A stretch of DNA of 63,125 nucleotides, filler included, from Lenisia limosa (lineage: Eukaryota > Protista > Breviatea): assembly GCA_001655205.1 (NCBI GenBank). It is 8 parts of 8 records of this genome, joined end to end, with 100 filler letters (N's around TTAATTAATTAA, not from the genome) between each part and the next. Parts side by side here need not be neighbours in the genome. Positions count along the whole stretch, not along the records: positions 1 to 7,955 come from LPNZ01009703.1; positions 8,056 to 16,457 come from LPNZ01006139.1; 6 more parts are not named here. One strand, 5' to 3'. The position numbers and the translations under genes are program-made. This document shows positions 1 to 11,200 of this stretch, one piece after another (position 1 is the stretch's first letter; every line of letters starts with the position of its first letter). The notes beneath the pieces were generated by a model, which was given only the letters and a program-made list of their open reading frames with translations, searched no databases and was not told where the DNA came from.

Positions 1-119
1 TCACGCTTATAAGAAATATTGGATTATAGTATAATACTAATCCATTATTATATGCTTTTTTGTTACATGAATTACATCCCCTAACATTTCTAAACTTCCT
101 TTTTTTCTTACATTTCTAG

Positions 120-3100
120 CAACAACCTGATCAATCAACTTGCGTTGAACCTTCGTCAAAATTCAGGGGATCTTTTCAGAGAAAATGGTAGGAGGGGGTT
201 AGGGGGTAATGGTTGTTGAATCATTTGGTAAATGGGAGATATTATGAGATCACCCCCCCCCCATCCTTTTTGAAAAATTAAATCCTTTAAATACTATTTA
301 AAATAATTCAATATCAATGTCTCTTCAGCGTGATGGTTTGGATGGTTTCACCCAGGTACAACTTTTTTGAACTTCTCATTTCTACATTAAAATGTTTGTT
401 ATTGCTTGTTTTTTTGTGTGTTTGGAGTTTCAGGTTATTCGGTTTGTGTACCTTTCGGAAATTTCCTTCGTTTTACTCTCCACAGCCACCGCAGAGCAAC
501 ATCTCATAGCCCGAGCCGTATTAGATCTCATGATCACCATCAACGCCCTACCCAACAACACGGTGTTCAAGGCCCTGGCAAACTGCCAAAACGTCCAAAA
601 TCTAGGTATATAGGGGGAGGGGGGTCTAGCAATGACCGGAATAGGTCTTGACCGATTATCTCTGGGAAATTATTCGGCAAATAGGTCAAGACTTATCCCG
701 GTTACTGTATATATACTATATGAGATGGTAGCCAGATACTGACTTGCTGTAGATCTCATCTCTATGTATCAGCTTGATTATTTCTTCAGCCAAACACTTT
801 CCACCTTCTACTCTTTCTTAACGTACTAGTATTCCCTACTGGAGTGTCAGTTCATGTTGGTGGTGTAAGCGGCTTCACAAGATCATATCAATGCGCCTGT
901 GGAGAAGTGGTGAGCATGGCTCTGTTTTGGAAGCAAAAAACAAGACCTGTTTCTTTTTTTTTTTTTCTTTTTTTCTTATTTTTTTGAATAAAAGAAACCC
1001 CCCCCCTCTCCCGTACGCTGGATTAATGGGATGCAGTGCTGCAGTAGCGGCTGGCCTGGTCTTTGTTTGTTTTNNNNNNNNNNNNNNNNNNNNNNNNNNN
1101 NNNNNNNNNNNNNNNNNNNNNNNNNNNTGTTATAACCCCTTGTGATTTGGGCTTATTATGTTTAATACATTTTCCAATTTCACCTCCCCTCCGCGCAGTA
1201 TGCTGTAGGCGATTGTGGGCATCTGAATGAGAACGGAAGATGCGCAAATTGCGGTTCTGCAATCGGCAATAGAGAAAATGCTCAGGCAGTTCAGAACAAC
1301 CATGTCACTTCTGCTGTGAGCAGGGGAGTTTTGAAGGGATTTTGGGTGGACGGTGACCGCGATTGACTAAGATAAAGCTCAGTATTCTTATCAGAACCTA
1401 TCGTGGTCACTGTGCATAACCTAGACGTTTGTGTGTTGTCAGCCAACAATTGATTTGGCTTTTTTTTTTTGTTTCATTAATTTTCCAATTTCACTCCCCC
1501 CCTCCCTCTCAGGGATACCCCGCACAAAGTAACGAGGCTCAACCCACACCGGTCGGCCAAATGAACACCCAAATGGTGGGGGTCCGTTATCATCGGCTTC
1601 ACTTTGGTTCGAAAAAGATTGAATTTCTCGATAAATCCTCGAAAACTATCGATATTTTGCAGGTCTTTTTCTTACCGATGTGAAACACAGGGGGAGGGTT
1701 TGGGGGTCAACTTCCTCTAGAAGCCAACAGAGTTGATAAAGGACGTTTTGTTTTTGTATTTGGTTGTTTCATATTTTTTTTCCAGTTTTACCCCCCCCCC
1801 CCCNNNNNNNNNNNNNNNNNNNNNNNNNNNNNNNNNNNNNNNNNNNNNNNNNNNNNNNNNNNNNNNNNNNNNNNNNNNNNNNNNNNNNNNNNNNNNNNNN
1901 NNNNNNNNNNNNNNNNNNNNNGCACTCTCCGGCAGCCAGCAAGCAGTTTCGCAGTTCGTATTCAAAAACACCACATCAGGTTTGGATTGTATTTTTTTAT
2001 GTGTTTCATAAATATGTCACTAGTAATGTATAATTACGTACATTTACACTGATCGCGATAAGTCATTCCAATTTTACTCCCCGCAGCTCCTCGGATGGTT
2101 GAAATCCTGACCAATCATCTGGAACAAGGCTGGAGGGCCTTGTCCGCCAACGCCGGTCTCCGCCCTGCTATTGCTCACGCCATTGCGCACCACGCGCAAC
2201 TTATGCGCGTGACTACCCACGAGGTCAATCAGAGGGTGGGAGGGGGGTATGCTGTAAAAATATACTACATAGTACATAGCAGCACATATCGATATATCTA
2301 TTAGAAATGTGGTGAGATTAAAAACAAACTGAAAAGTTTCTTATATTTCCCCCATTAATTCCTAATAAAAACAGAACCACGCTGGAATTGTCGCAGCAAC
2401 TCAGCAGTTGACAGCCGTGAATGAGGCCCTTCCCCAGGACAACAACCTTGCAGGTCTCGTACAAGTTTGTGGGGATAATCTTTCTTTTTTCTTTTGACTA
2501 TTATTCTTTTTGATAATTATATTTTTTCTTATTTGATAAATATTGGAGGCTTGTCCCGTAAATACACCCTCACAGAGTTGATTCTGGGCTTTGTTTTGTT
2601 GTTTGTCAATCATCTTGTGTTGTCAGCCAAGAGAGTTGATTTGAGCTGTTTTTTTTTTATCAAAATTTCTTCGTTTTATACCCCCCTTCCCATGTTTGTT
2701 ATTGCTTGTTTGTTTTTGTTTGGAGTTTCAGATTTTTTGGTTTGTGATTANNNNNNNNNNNNNNNNNNNNNNNNNNNNNNNNNNNNNNNNNNNNNNNNNN
2801 NNNNNNNNNNNNNNNNNNNNNNNNNNNNNNNNNNNNNNNNNNNNNNNNNNNNNNNNNNNNNNNNNNNNNNNNNNNNNNNNNNNNNTTCCGCCGGGAGTGA
2901 CCACACCCTTCAACGCCACAGATTTGGCCGCGTTCAAGGAGCACGTGGCGCAAGCCTCGCCTGACGCCACCAGGCTCTGCAAAATGGTGCGGGGTTGGGG
3001 GTTATCATAAAAAAAATAGAAATTATTTAATATTTACTATATTTTACTTTAATTCAAATACTATGAAAACATATAAATAATTAACCATGTGATGGTTAGG

Positions 3101-6100
3101 GGTGGGGGGGTGAATATCATATAAAGTTGAAATCTTTTACTTTATTATCTATATTTTAATATTCTACAAAATATAAAAACATAAATATATCACCAGGTAG
3201 GGGTGGTAAATATCAAATAGAATTAGATATATTTTACAACATACTATATTTCACTCTATTTCACTCTATAATAATACTAAGCACATAACATTCGTTTTAC
3301 CACCCCCCCCCCAACCCAGATGGTAGCCCCNNNNNNNNNNNNNNNNNNNNNNNNNNNNNNNNNNNNNNNNNNNNNNNNNNNNNNNNNNNNNNNNNNNNNN
3401 NNNNNNNNNNNNNNNNNNNNNNNNNNNNNNNNNNNNNNNNNNNNNNNNNNNNNNNNNNNNNNNNNNNNNNNNNNNNNNNNNNNNNNNAATGACGGTTGAA
3501 GATTGGTTGGAAACCCAGCCAAGAAGCGCTAACGCCAATGTCATTTTCGACAATTTGTGTCTGGCTTGGAACAGAGCGCTTCCCTATGTTGAGTGGTGTG
3601 AGTCTGAAAAACACCCCGATATTAAGCTCGAACTTACGACGAACCGTGCAATGGCCCATGTTTTGCCTTCAGAAGCCAACGAAGGGCTGTTGTTCCATCA
3701 CGTGGGGGGGAGGGGTTATCCATATTAGGTATGCATGTTGTATTATGGTATATTTATTATTTGTGTAAATGTACATAGTATGTACTATAATTATTTGTAT
3801 ACTATATATGTACATACATCAAATGTAATATGCATAAAAATGTCCCACTGACCTTGAACTGACCATCTAGATGATCGATAACACTATCAATGAACACAAC
3901 AACTTCGTGGTTGCCGTAAGAGGCGATCAAGTTTCCGCCATCCCCCTCTGGAACGTCAGCAGCGCTGATATGATCCATCTTTCTGCTGAGGGTTTGGGGG
4001 TCAACCAACAGAGTTGATTTGGGCTTCTTTTTTTTTATTTCAGAAATTTTCCAATTTTACTCCCCCCCCCCTCCTCAGACTGTCATACTTTCGGCTTGCA
4101 CGTGGCTAACCAGGACCTTTCGAACCCGATGACATGGCAACTGCCGAGAATCGAGAATGTGGGAGTTGAATTGAGAATGTGGCCAGGTATACAGTATATA
4201 CACGGGATAAGTCTTGAGCGATTTGATATGATTTCCGGTCGACTTATCCCGATCACTGTATAGTATATAATTTAATGGAAATTTTAATGGAATTCGCGGG
4301 GTTTTCTTCTCGATCCTTCCTTATAAGGTGTCTTGGCTTACCATTTTAGGCATCCTGAAAGTCTGACTTACTATATTAGGCATCTTTGTAGAGCCTCACT
4401 TACCATATTAGGCAATTCGGTCCGCTCTCAGCCACGCCAACCCCGTGAAGGCCGTTGACGACTTCCGATACGCGCCTAATACTGACGGTTCCGGCGCCGA
4501 CATCCAGGCCAGTCTTCTGGAAACCGTGGGAGGGGGGTGGGGGGCTTGAGAACAAGAATGTAAATGTATCAATTAATTAACGAAGATACACGTTCTGTAC
4601 AGATAAAAATAAGAAAGGAACAAGGAAATAACTAGTACAACAAAATTATACAACTTCGGCTGGTAGAGTAGGGAGGGGGGGATAGATTACCCTGTTAGTA
4701 AATCGGATTTTCCTTAGGGCGTGTGAGAGAAGCCCCTTAAAATCCCCCTTACGAAACTGACGCAGTCTTCAACCCCCCTCTCTTATCCTATTAGCATCCG
4801 CACACATTGGATGTACAATATATAGGGTTTCACTTCGGTTTGAAAAAAGACTGAATTTCTCGCTATCCTCGAAAACTATCGATTTTTACCGGTTTTTATA
4901 TGACCAAAGTGAAGCCCCATATTTATTTACTGTATTAATCGATATGTAATTCTATGTAGATCCTCACTCAGTCTCAAAAAAGTGGTCATCAGTCTCAAAA
5001 AAATATTTTTCTCCTTTCTTTTCTAATATTTTATCATGTTTATCGATATCATTTGTAGTTCTAGATACAATATATCCTAACTAATAATCCGCAGATTGTT
5101 CGCAACTTGCGCCAAGAACCCATGACAGAGTCGGTACAGGAAAAGGTTGACAGTTACTGCAATAACGCGGATTGCAAGAACGAACTCCGAACCCGTGCGG
5201 GGGGGGGGGAGTAAAATTAGAAAATTACCCTGATAGTTAACTCGGATTTTCTTAAAGACGGGAGAGGAAAGCCCAAATCAACTCTGTTGGAATAACAACA
5301 CACAGGCGCGGTGGGGTGAAGGGATATGAGGGAAGCCGTAATAATATCGCACCCATTTTTGATTTTTTGCTTTCATAAATTTTCCAATTTCACCCCCTCA
5401 GTGCTGTCGATCTGCTGCGCGCTCGTATCCACGCAAATAAACCTCGACCCCCGCACCAAAGCGGTGACCTATGTCATGCAGCATTTGCCAAGTGGGTGTA
5501 TTTTATGGTTTATTATCTGATTTCGTGGAGGTTATACATGTACAATGCGATTTTATTGGGTCTTTTTTATTTCATATCAAATCGGTCGACTTACCCCGGT
5601 CACTGTACATTTCCATGTTATTTCCTCTGTATCTACGCACTTCCCATTTCCATGCCTAACTGCTTTAGATACTGGTAAGTACAAGGACGAGGGAACTGAA
5701 CTGAACTGAACTGAAAGGGGCAGTTTTTGAAATATTGGCTTTTTGAGAACTTTTTTAAGAGAAGAGTATATCATTCATTATACCCACCACCCCCTTCACC
5801 CCATAGACATTTCCCGCATCATTGATGTCGATATTCAACTCAGCCATCTCCAAGCTCTGAGCGCTGCCCTGCAAAGAGACCTTGTTCTTGGCTCAGCCTA
5901 TAGCAATCCTTTCAATGACGTTTGAGGAGTATTATGAGGGTTTCCCTACTGTCTGACAAATATCGATACTGATCGAGAATTTTTCGAGAAATTCAGTTTT
6001 TTTGGGAAGCACTAGGTATTATTATTATTTTAATAATGGAGAGGGGGGAGATAGGAGTTTCTTGCCAACAGAGTTGATTTTGGGCTTTTGTTTCATATTT

Positions 6101-6571
6101 TGAGTTGATTTGGGCTTTTTCTTACCCCCCCCCCNNNNNNNNNNNNNNNNNNNNNNNNNNNNNNNNNNNNNNNNNNNNNNNNNNNNNNNNNNNNNNNNNN
6201 NNNNNNNNNNNNNNNNNNNNNNNNNNNNNNNNNNNNNGCCTTGTGGAGTGTAGTCAAGGCCTATAGAGCCGAGACCGTCCGCACCGTCCTCGAGGATTTC
6301 CAGTCTTTTGTCAGTCAATATATCTCGGTGAGGGGATGAGAGGATTTTTTCGAACCGAAGTGAAGCCCTATTCTGAGCCAATCGCAACTCGAATCTCCTT
6401 ACTCATTAGACTGCACGCTTCAAGTCCGGTGATCCCATGAGCAACCTCGAATACTGTCCCACTATAGCCGACAATGAGAAGGCTTCTGACCTCATAACGA
6501 AAATACAGGAGATTGGATTGGAATGGCGATTCTCTGATGCTCTTCTCAGGCTTCTTCGTGAGGCTCTTTGA
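120..6571 (+). CDS. RNF213/mysterin-like protein, C-terminal part (RZ finger + CTD); 5'-truncated, at least 18 exons
   Basis: Manual splicing gives ...SYQCACGEV|YAVGDCGHLNENGRCANCGSAIG (RZ finger-like). It continues EILTNHLEQGWRALSAN, FDNLCLAWNRAL..LPSEANEGLLFHH|MIDNTINEHNNFVVAV, WQLPRIEN, LLSICCALVSTQINLDP and IQLSHLQALSAAL..NPFND, in the same order as the RNF213 C-terminal motifs as I recall them. Stop TGA at 6569-6571. Confidence 0.8.
394..485 (+). repeat. Repeat family E (second acceptor-end module)
   Basis: TTTGTTATTGCTTG..TTGGAGTTTCAG.TTATTCGG..GTACCTTT..GAAATTTCCTTCGTTTTACTC..CAG. Other copies at about 2694, 9510, 41340 and 61800, and on the minus strand at 28400 and 47178. Confidence 0.75.
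3992..4078 (+). repeat. Family D minimal intron (87 nt)
   Basis: GTTTGGGGG..CCAACAGAGTTGATTTGGGC..AAATTTTCCAATTTTACTCCCCCCCCC..CAG. Confidence 0.7.
5195..5401 (+). mobile_element. Family D intron with both inverted arms
   Basis: The 5' arm GGGGAGTAAAATTAGAAAATT is the reverse complement of the family 3' end AATTTTCCAATTTTACTCCCC. Confidence 0.6.
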
Positions 6572-6890
6572 TTTTGTGCTTCTCGCAGCAGGAATATTTT
6601 CTTTGTTTTTACCTTATTTCTTCGCAGCTGATTCTATTCTATAATGTACACTACTGTTTCTTTTGCTTCAATTTGGAAAAGAAAACAATTCAGTTCAAAT
6701 AAACTAGGGATCCACTATCTTCATTTTATTTTCTCGGCTATTGAGCGTTTTAGCGATTTACAAATAGACTCGGGGTGCTTGTAAAACCAAAGATAATGTA
6801 AAACCAAAAGACAACTGTTTATATCGGAATAGCTCTATCCAACACAAGTCGGTCATACATTCAAACACCTCCAATATACCATACAAAACC

Positions 6891-7520
6891 CTACCTAGTA
6901 AGATTCAGCCACAATTTCGCTGGTTGTTTTACGGGCACTCCGAGGCGCTCTAGAAGGTCATTTGTGTGTTTTTTTTTTGAACGAGAAAAATTAGTATGTT
7001 CTATTGAAGGGAAACAAAAATCATTTGATATAATATGATAAACAATGAGACATAAAAAATGTTGTATCTGAAGAGATATTGAGTTATTGTAAACACAGGG
7101 ATCCCCTAAAAAGGACTCTACAAAGAAAAAATATAAGGCTGTATCTGTCGAAGCCATCCACATCATCACGCTTATAAGAGATATTTGATGATAGTATAAT
7201 ATTAATTAATATACATTACTTTGTATATTAATACCTAGCACCACGTACCTTGCACCCTTCCTTTTCTTGAATGCCAAAACTGGGGTATCATCCGTGGTAT
7301 CTTCCTTGGGGAGAGCCAACTTGGGCTGTTTCCATGTTGGGGCGGACTAATGAATATTAATTGAGTTATTATTATTATTATAGTTTTTATTATTTTTCTT
7401 CCAATGTTAAAGCTTTTTTTCCAAGTAACAAAGATTGGTTGTTTCCATGTCCTTACACCCCACCTTAGCCTCGTCCTTATGTACCCTTGAAGGCGGTTCA
7501 ACGGCCTTGGGCTTTTCCTT
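6891..7520 (-). CDS. Hypothetical protein, 3' exons (KEKPKAVEPP..|SAPTWKQPKL..LAFKKRKGAR|)
   Basis: Open exons bounded by AG/GT, including a GTGGGG donor; the FKKRK motif is only weakly informative. Confidence 0.4.
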
Positions 7521-7955
7521 CTGAAATTATTAGGAAATAGAGATATGAAGTTAGCGACTTTTCCTTCTATAACAGGAAATACGAAATAAAGGGGAGATGA
7601 AGTAAAAAATGGCCTAATTTCAGAAATATTATCAAAAAGGGCCTTCAAAAATCTTGAAAAAAAAAAGATACACAAAATTGGGTGCTTACCCTCCTAAATT
7701 AAAGAAGAAAAACACTGTTTTTGAATCGGGAAATAAAAGAGAGAAACACAACCCTGAAATAACACAACTTATCAAAGAAAATACCAAGTCCCCCATCCCC
7801 CCACAACTTCAAATAGTATAATCTCCCAATTGTGTAGTACTTAGGGCTACTTCGGAAACAAAAAGCCCCGGTGAAATCTCGATATTTATCATCTTTTTTT
7901 AAACCGAACTTTCTATTCTTCAATACCCCCCCCCCCCACACGATAGATCCACCTT

Positions 7956-8055
7956 NNNNNNNNNNNNNNNNNNNNNNNNNNNNNNNNNNNNNNNNNNNNT
8001 TAATTAATTAANNNNNNNNNNNNNNNNNNNNNNNNNNNNNNNNNNNNNNNNNNNN
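7956..8055. other. Artificial scaffold spacer 44N-TTAATTAATTAA-44N (the 12-mer also occurs at 16502, 28222, 35649, 42470, 47549 and 58272)
   Basis: Identical 12-mer with stops in all six frames, set in N runs, seven occurrences. Confidence 0.97.
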
Positions 8056-8253
8056 ATAACCATGGTGAGCCTTGACCCATTTTCTTTCCGAATGGGAAAG
8101 TAACTGAAACTAAAGGTGGCAGTCCATTTCGTATAATCGTGATGGTGTGGACGGCTTCGGCCTGATAATATAATCAAATATACCCTCTTTACATATCATA
8201 GTCTGTTTTCTGTTTGACGTTGATCATATGTGACTATTTAGAATACGGGGGGA

Positions 8254-11200
8254 ATGGCAGCTCCTTCAAACAGTCCTCCCCACATCCACCTAACTCCCCA
8301 AAGTGAGCGAGTTGATAACCGATGAAATATGATTGTTTTTTGAGAGAAAGATATATAAAATTACTATAAACACAACTACATTAACACTTCTCAAAATTCT
8401 AGATTTAACAGTTCATTGTCGTGGTTTTATTATGTACCCAGGGAGGGGATAACCAATGACCATGCTCCCCCATTTAGGGTTTCAATTTGGTCCAAAAAAG
8501 ATTTGTCATGATAAAATCGATTTCGAAGATTTATCGAGAAATTGGAATGAAACTAATCCCTATCTTTAATCTAGCCATGTTAATTTTGCTCTAACCCATG
8601 AAAGCTACTCTAATCTAGAACATTCTCTTTTAATCCATAATAAAGCTACTCTAAGCTATGATTAATGATTAAGTTGCTCTAATCTAGAATATAACTCTAA
8701 TCTATGGCAATGCATAATTCCTGACAGTGCTCCTCGAAGCGTTCCCAATGGAGTTTGGCAAAGCTCGTACGTCGACTGGTCACCATGAAACGGACCTCCA
8801 AGCCTGCCTTCAGGATGACCATGGTGGGAGGGGTTATTCGGGAATTTATTAAACAAAAAAACAAACCCCAGAATCAACTCTTTTGGATAGCCCCAGAAAT
8901 AAAATTTGATGAAACACCGGGAAATTTGATGACTACTGTGATGGGGGGGGGGGGGGNNNNNNNNNNNNNNNNNNNNNNNNNNNNNNNNNNNNNNNNNNNN
9001 NNNNNNNNNNNNNNNNNNNNNNNNNNNNNNNNNNNNNTTTGTGACAATATAATACAATCTTCGAGTCAGGTTGGTGTTATTTTAAATAGAACTTCTCAAC
9101 GGTCCGAAAATGAATGTTTAAATATCGATATTTATCGAGGATTGTCGCTGGGGATATGCAACAAATAGACACTTACTCTTCAGCTAAAATGAAGATCAAC
9201 ACAGTCGTGAGGAAGCGTAGGAGGGAAATACTGTTTCGATCATATTTCTATTTCGATTCAAGGTTGTATGTTTCATTTTACCATCTTTTTTTTTCTTTTC
9301 TTTATTTTCATGCATTATTATTAAGTGGCTATTCTGCCCCAGATGAAGTAAGTGGACGGTTTCGGCCAGATACTACCAATTTACAAGTGGAAAGTCTTGA
9401 TCGATTATGCGCCACCCGAAGAAATCGGTCAAGACTGCCATGGCCACTGTTTACAAAATAATATGACATGCACCCGCAGTAGCATCAAGACTCTTATCAC
9501 AAAGCTTATTATTTGTTATTGCTTGTTTTTTGTTTTTTTGTTTGGAGTTTCAAATTATTTGATTAGTACCTTTACGCCNNNNNNNNNNNNNNNNNNNNNN
9601 NNNNNNNNNNNNNNNNNNNNNNNNNNNNNNNNNNNNNNNNNNNNNNNNNNAATAATTAATTACTTCGCTAATCCCTTGCAGCAGCAAGACGAGACACTAC
9701 GGCGGCGCCGCAGGCTGTGGTGCCGCTTATCTCGATTGGACATGCTGACGGCCGACATCAGCTGATTGTCAGGGTGGGAGGTGATTCCAACAAATGATGT
9801 TATATTCCATAGATATTTATCGAGGTTTTATCGATATATCAGTCTTATATTGGAACTAAATGGGAAGCTCTATAATTAGGGCTTCCCTACGGTCCCAAAA
9901 AGATTATGGACCGTAGTGAAGCCCTATCTATAATAGAATAAGAGAATACACGACCACTTTTTTGGTCTCTCATCGTCGTTAGGAGTTTCCGTTGACAAAA
10001 AGCGGGCAAAGCACCTTCCCGTCTTTGTACCCCTCAGTGCTGGGGGATGGATTGAATCCAAAAAAGCATAAGGCTAAACAGTTGTCGTCCACGCAGGTGA
10101 CTGGAATCGAAGGAGGTGGGGAGGGTAAAGATTGTAACATCATATTCTGATAATTCTTCTGGGGATCATTGACAAACACATAGGCTGTTCAGATGTAATT
10201 ATCTTCTTCCATTTTTTTTGTAAACAAGAGAAATAACAACTTAGGGACACCATAAACAGATTACCTTACTTCCGCGCCCAAACACTAGTCTTCAGTTCCT
10301 TCATCGTGACATTTTAGTGCCACCAAAATCCGATCCGGTTGATGAGAAAGTCAAAGGAAATCGGCATAAGGGCGGCTATTGTGAAAGATGCTGCGTGCGG
10401 TACAACCACTATGAAAATGTAAGGAGGGGAGATACGCAGCAAGATGAGTGTACAGAGTTGTTGTGGAGGCTTTGTTTGTTTTTATTGAATTTTGCGAGGT
10501 ATTTTTCAAGTTGATGTGCCTTCTTATAGCAATAGGTGGTGATGAATAAACCAGTGGGGATATTATCTGGCTGACGCTGCCCACACTTATTCCAAACAGC
10601 ACATTAAAAACGCGAAGCACCAGGAGCAAAATGAGATCGAAATCGTACGGCGGCCTATTGAAGCGCTTGCGATGGAGGTGTGCTGGGTGGCTGATAGGAT
10701 ATACAGTGCTGATAGAATGATATTGTCTCATTATTGGGGCTTCACTTCGATTCCAAAAAACCAGGAAATATCGATAGTTTTCGAGGATTTATCGAGAAAT
10801 TCAGTCTTTTTTCGAACCGAAGTAAAGCCCAACTCATTACCCTGCCAGATTAACAATCTTTTCTCCTACGACGACCCAGAGGATCCGTTCTACCCCATCA
10901 CCTTCGCTGAGCTCGAGAGCCCCTTTTCTTCTGACACTGTCAGGCGCAAGATGTTTTCAAGCGACCCAATGTGAGAAGCTATATTATAACCGGGATTAGT
11001 CTTGGCCGATTTGATATGATTTCCCAAGGAAAATCGGTCAAGACTTATCCCGGTGAATGTAAATGATATCTCCTAACAGAGGGATTCACGTAAATATAGT
11101 GCTCAGCTTACAGAGTTGATTGTGAGTTTATTTGCACGAATCCTGTTTTTACCCCCCCTCCCCAGAGAGCCAGCAACAGACAAAAGGCAACTCGACTCAG

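Noticed and set aside
9421-9440. AAATCGGTCAAGACT (family B TIR piece) inside an apparent exon
   Set aside because: Only 15 nt and no partner TIR; cannot distinguish chance from an exapted fragment.
10737-10830. GGTTCGAA (B-box-like) in family A suggesting a tRNA or SINE
   Set aside because: It is part of the terminal inverted repeat; no cloverleaf, A-box or tail is present.
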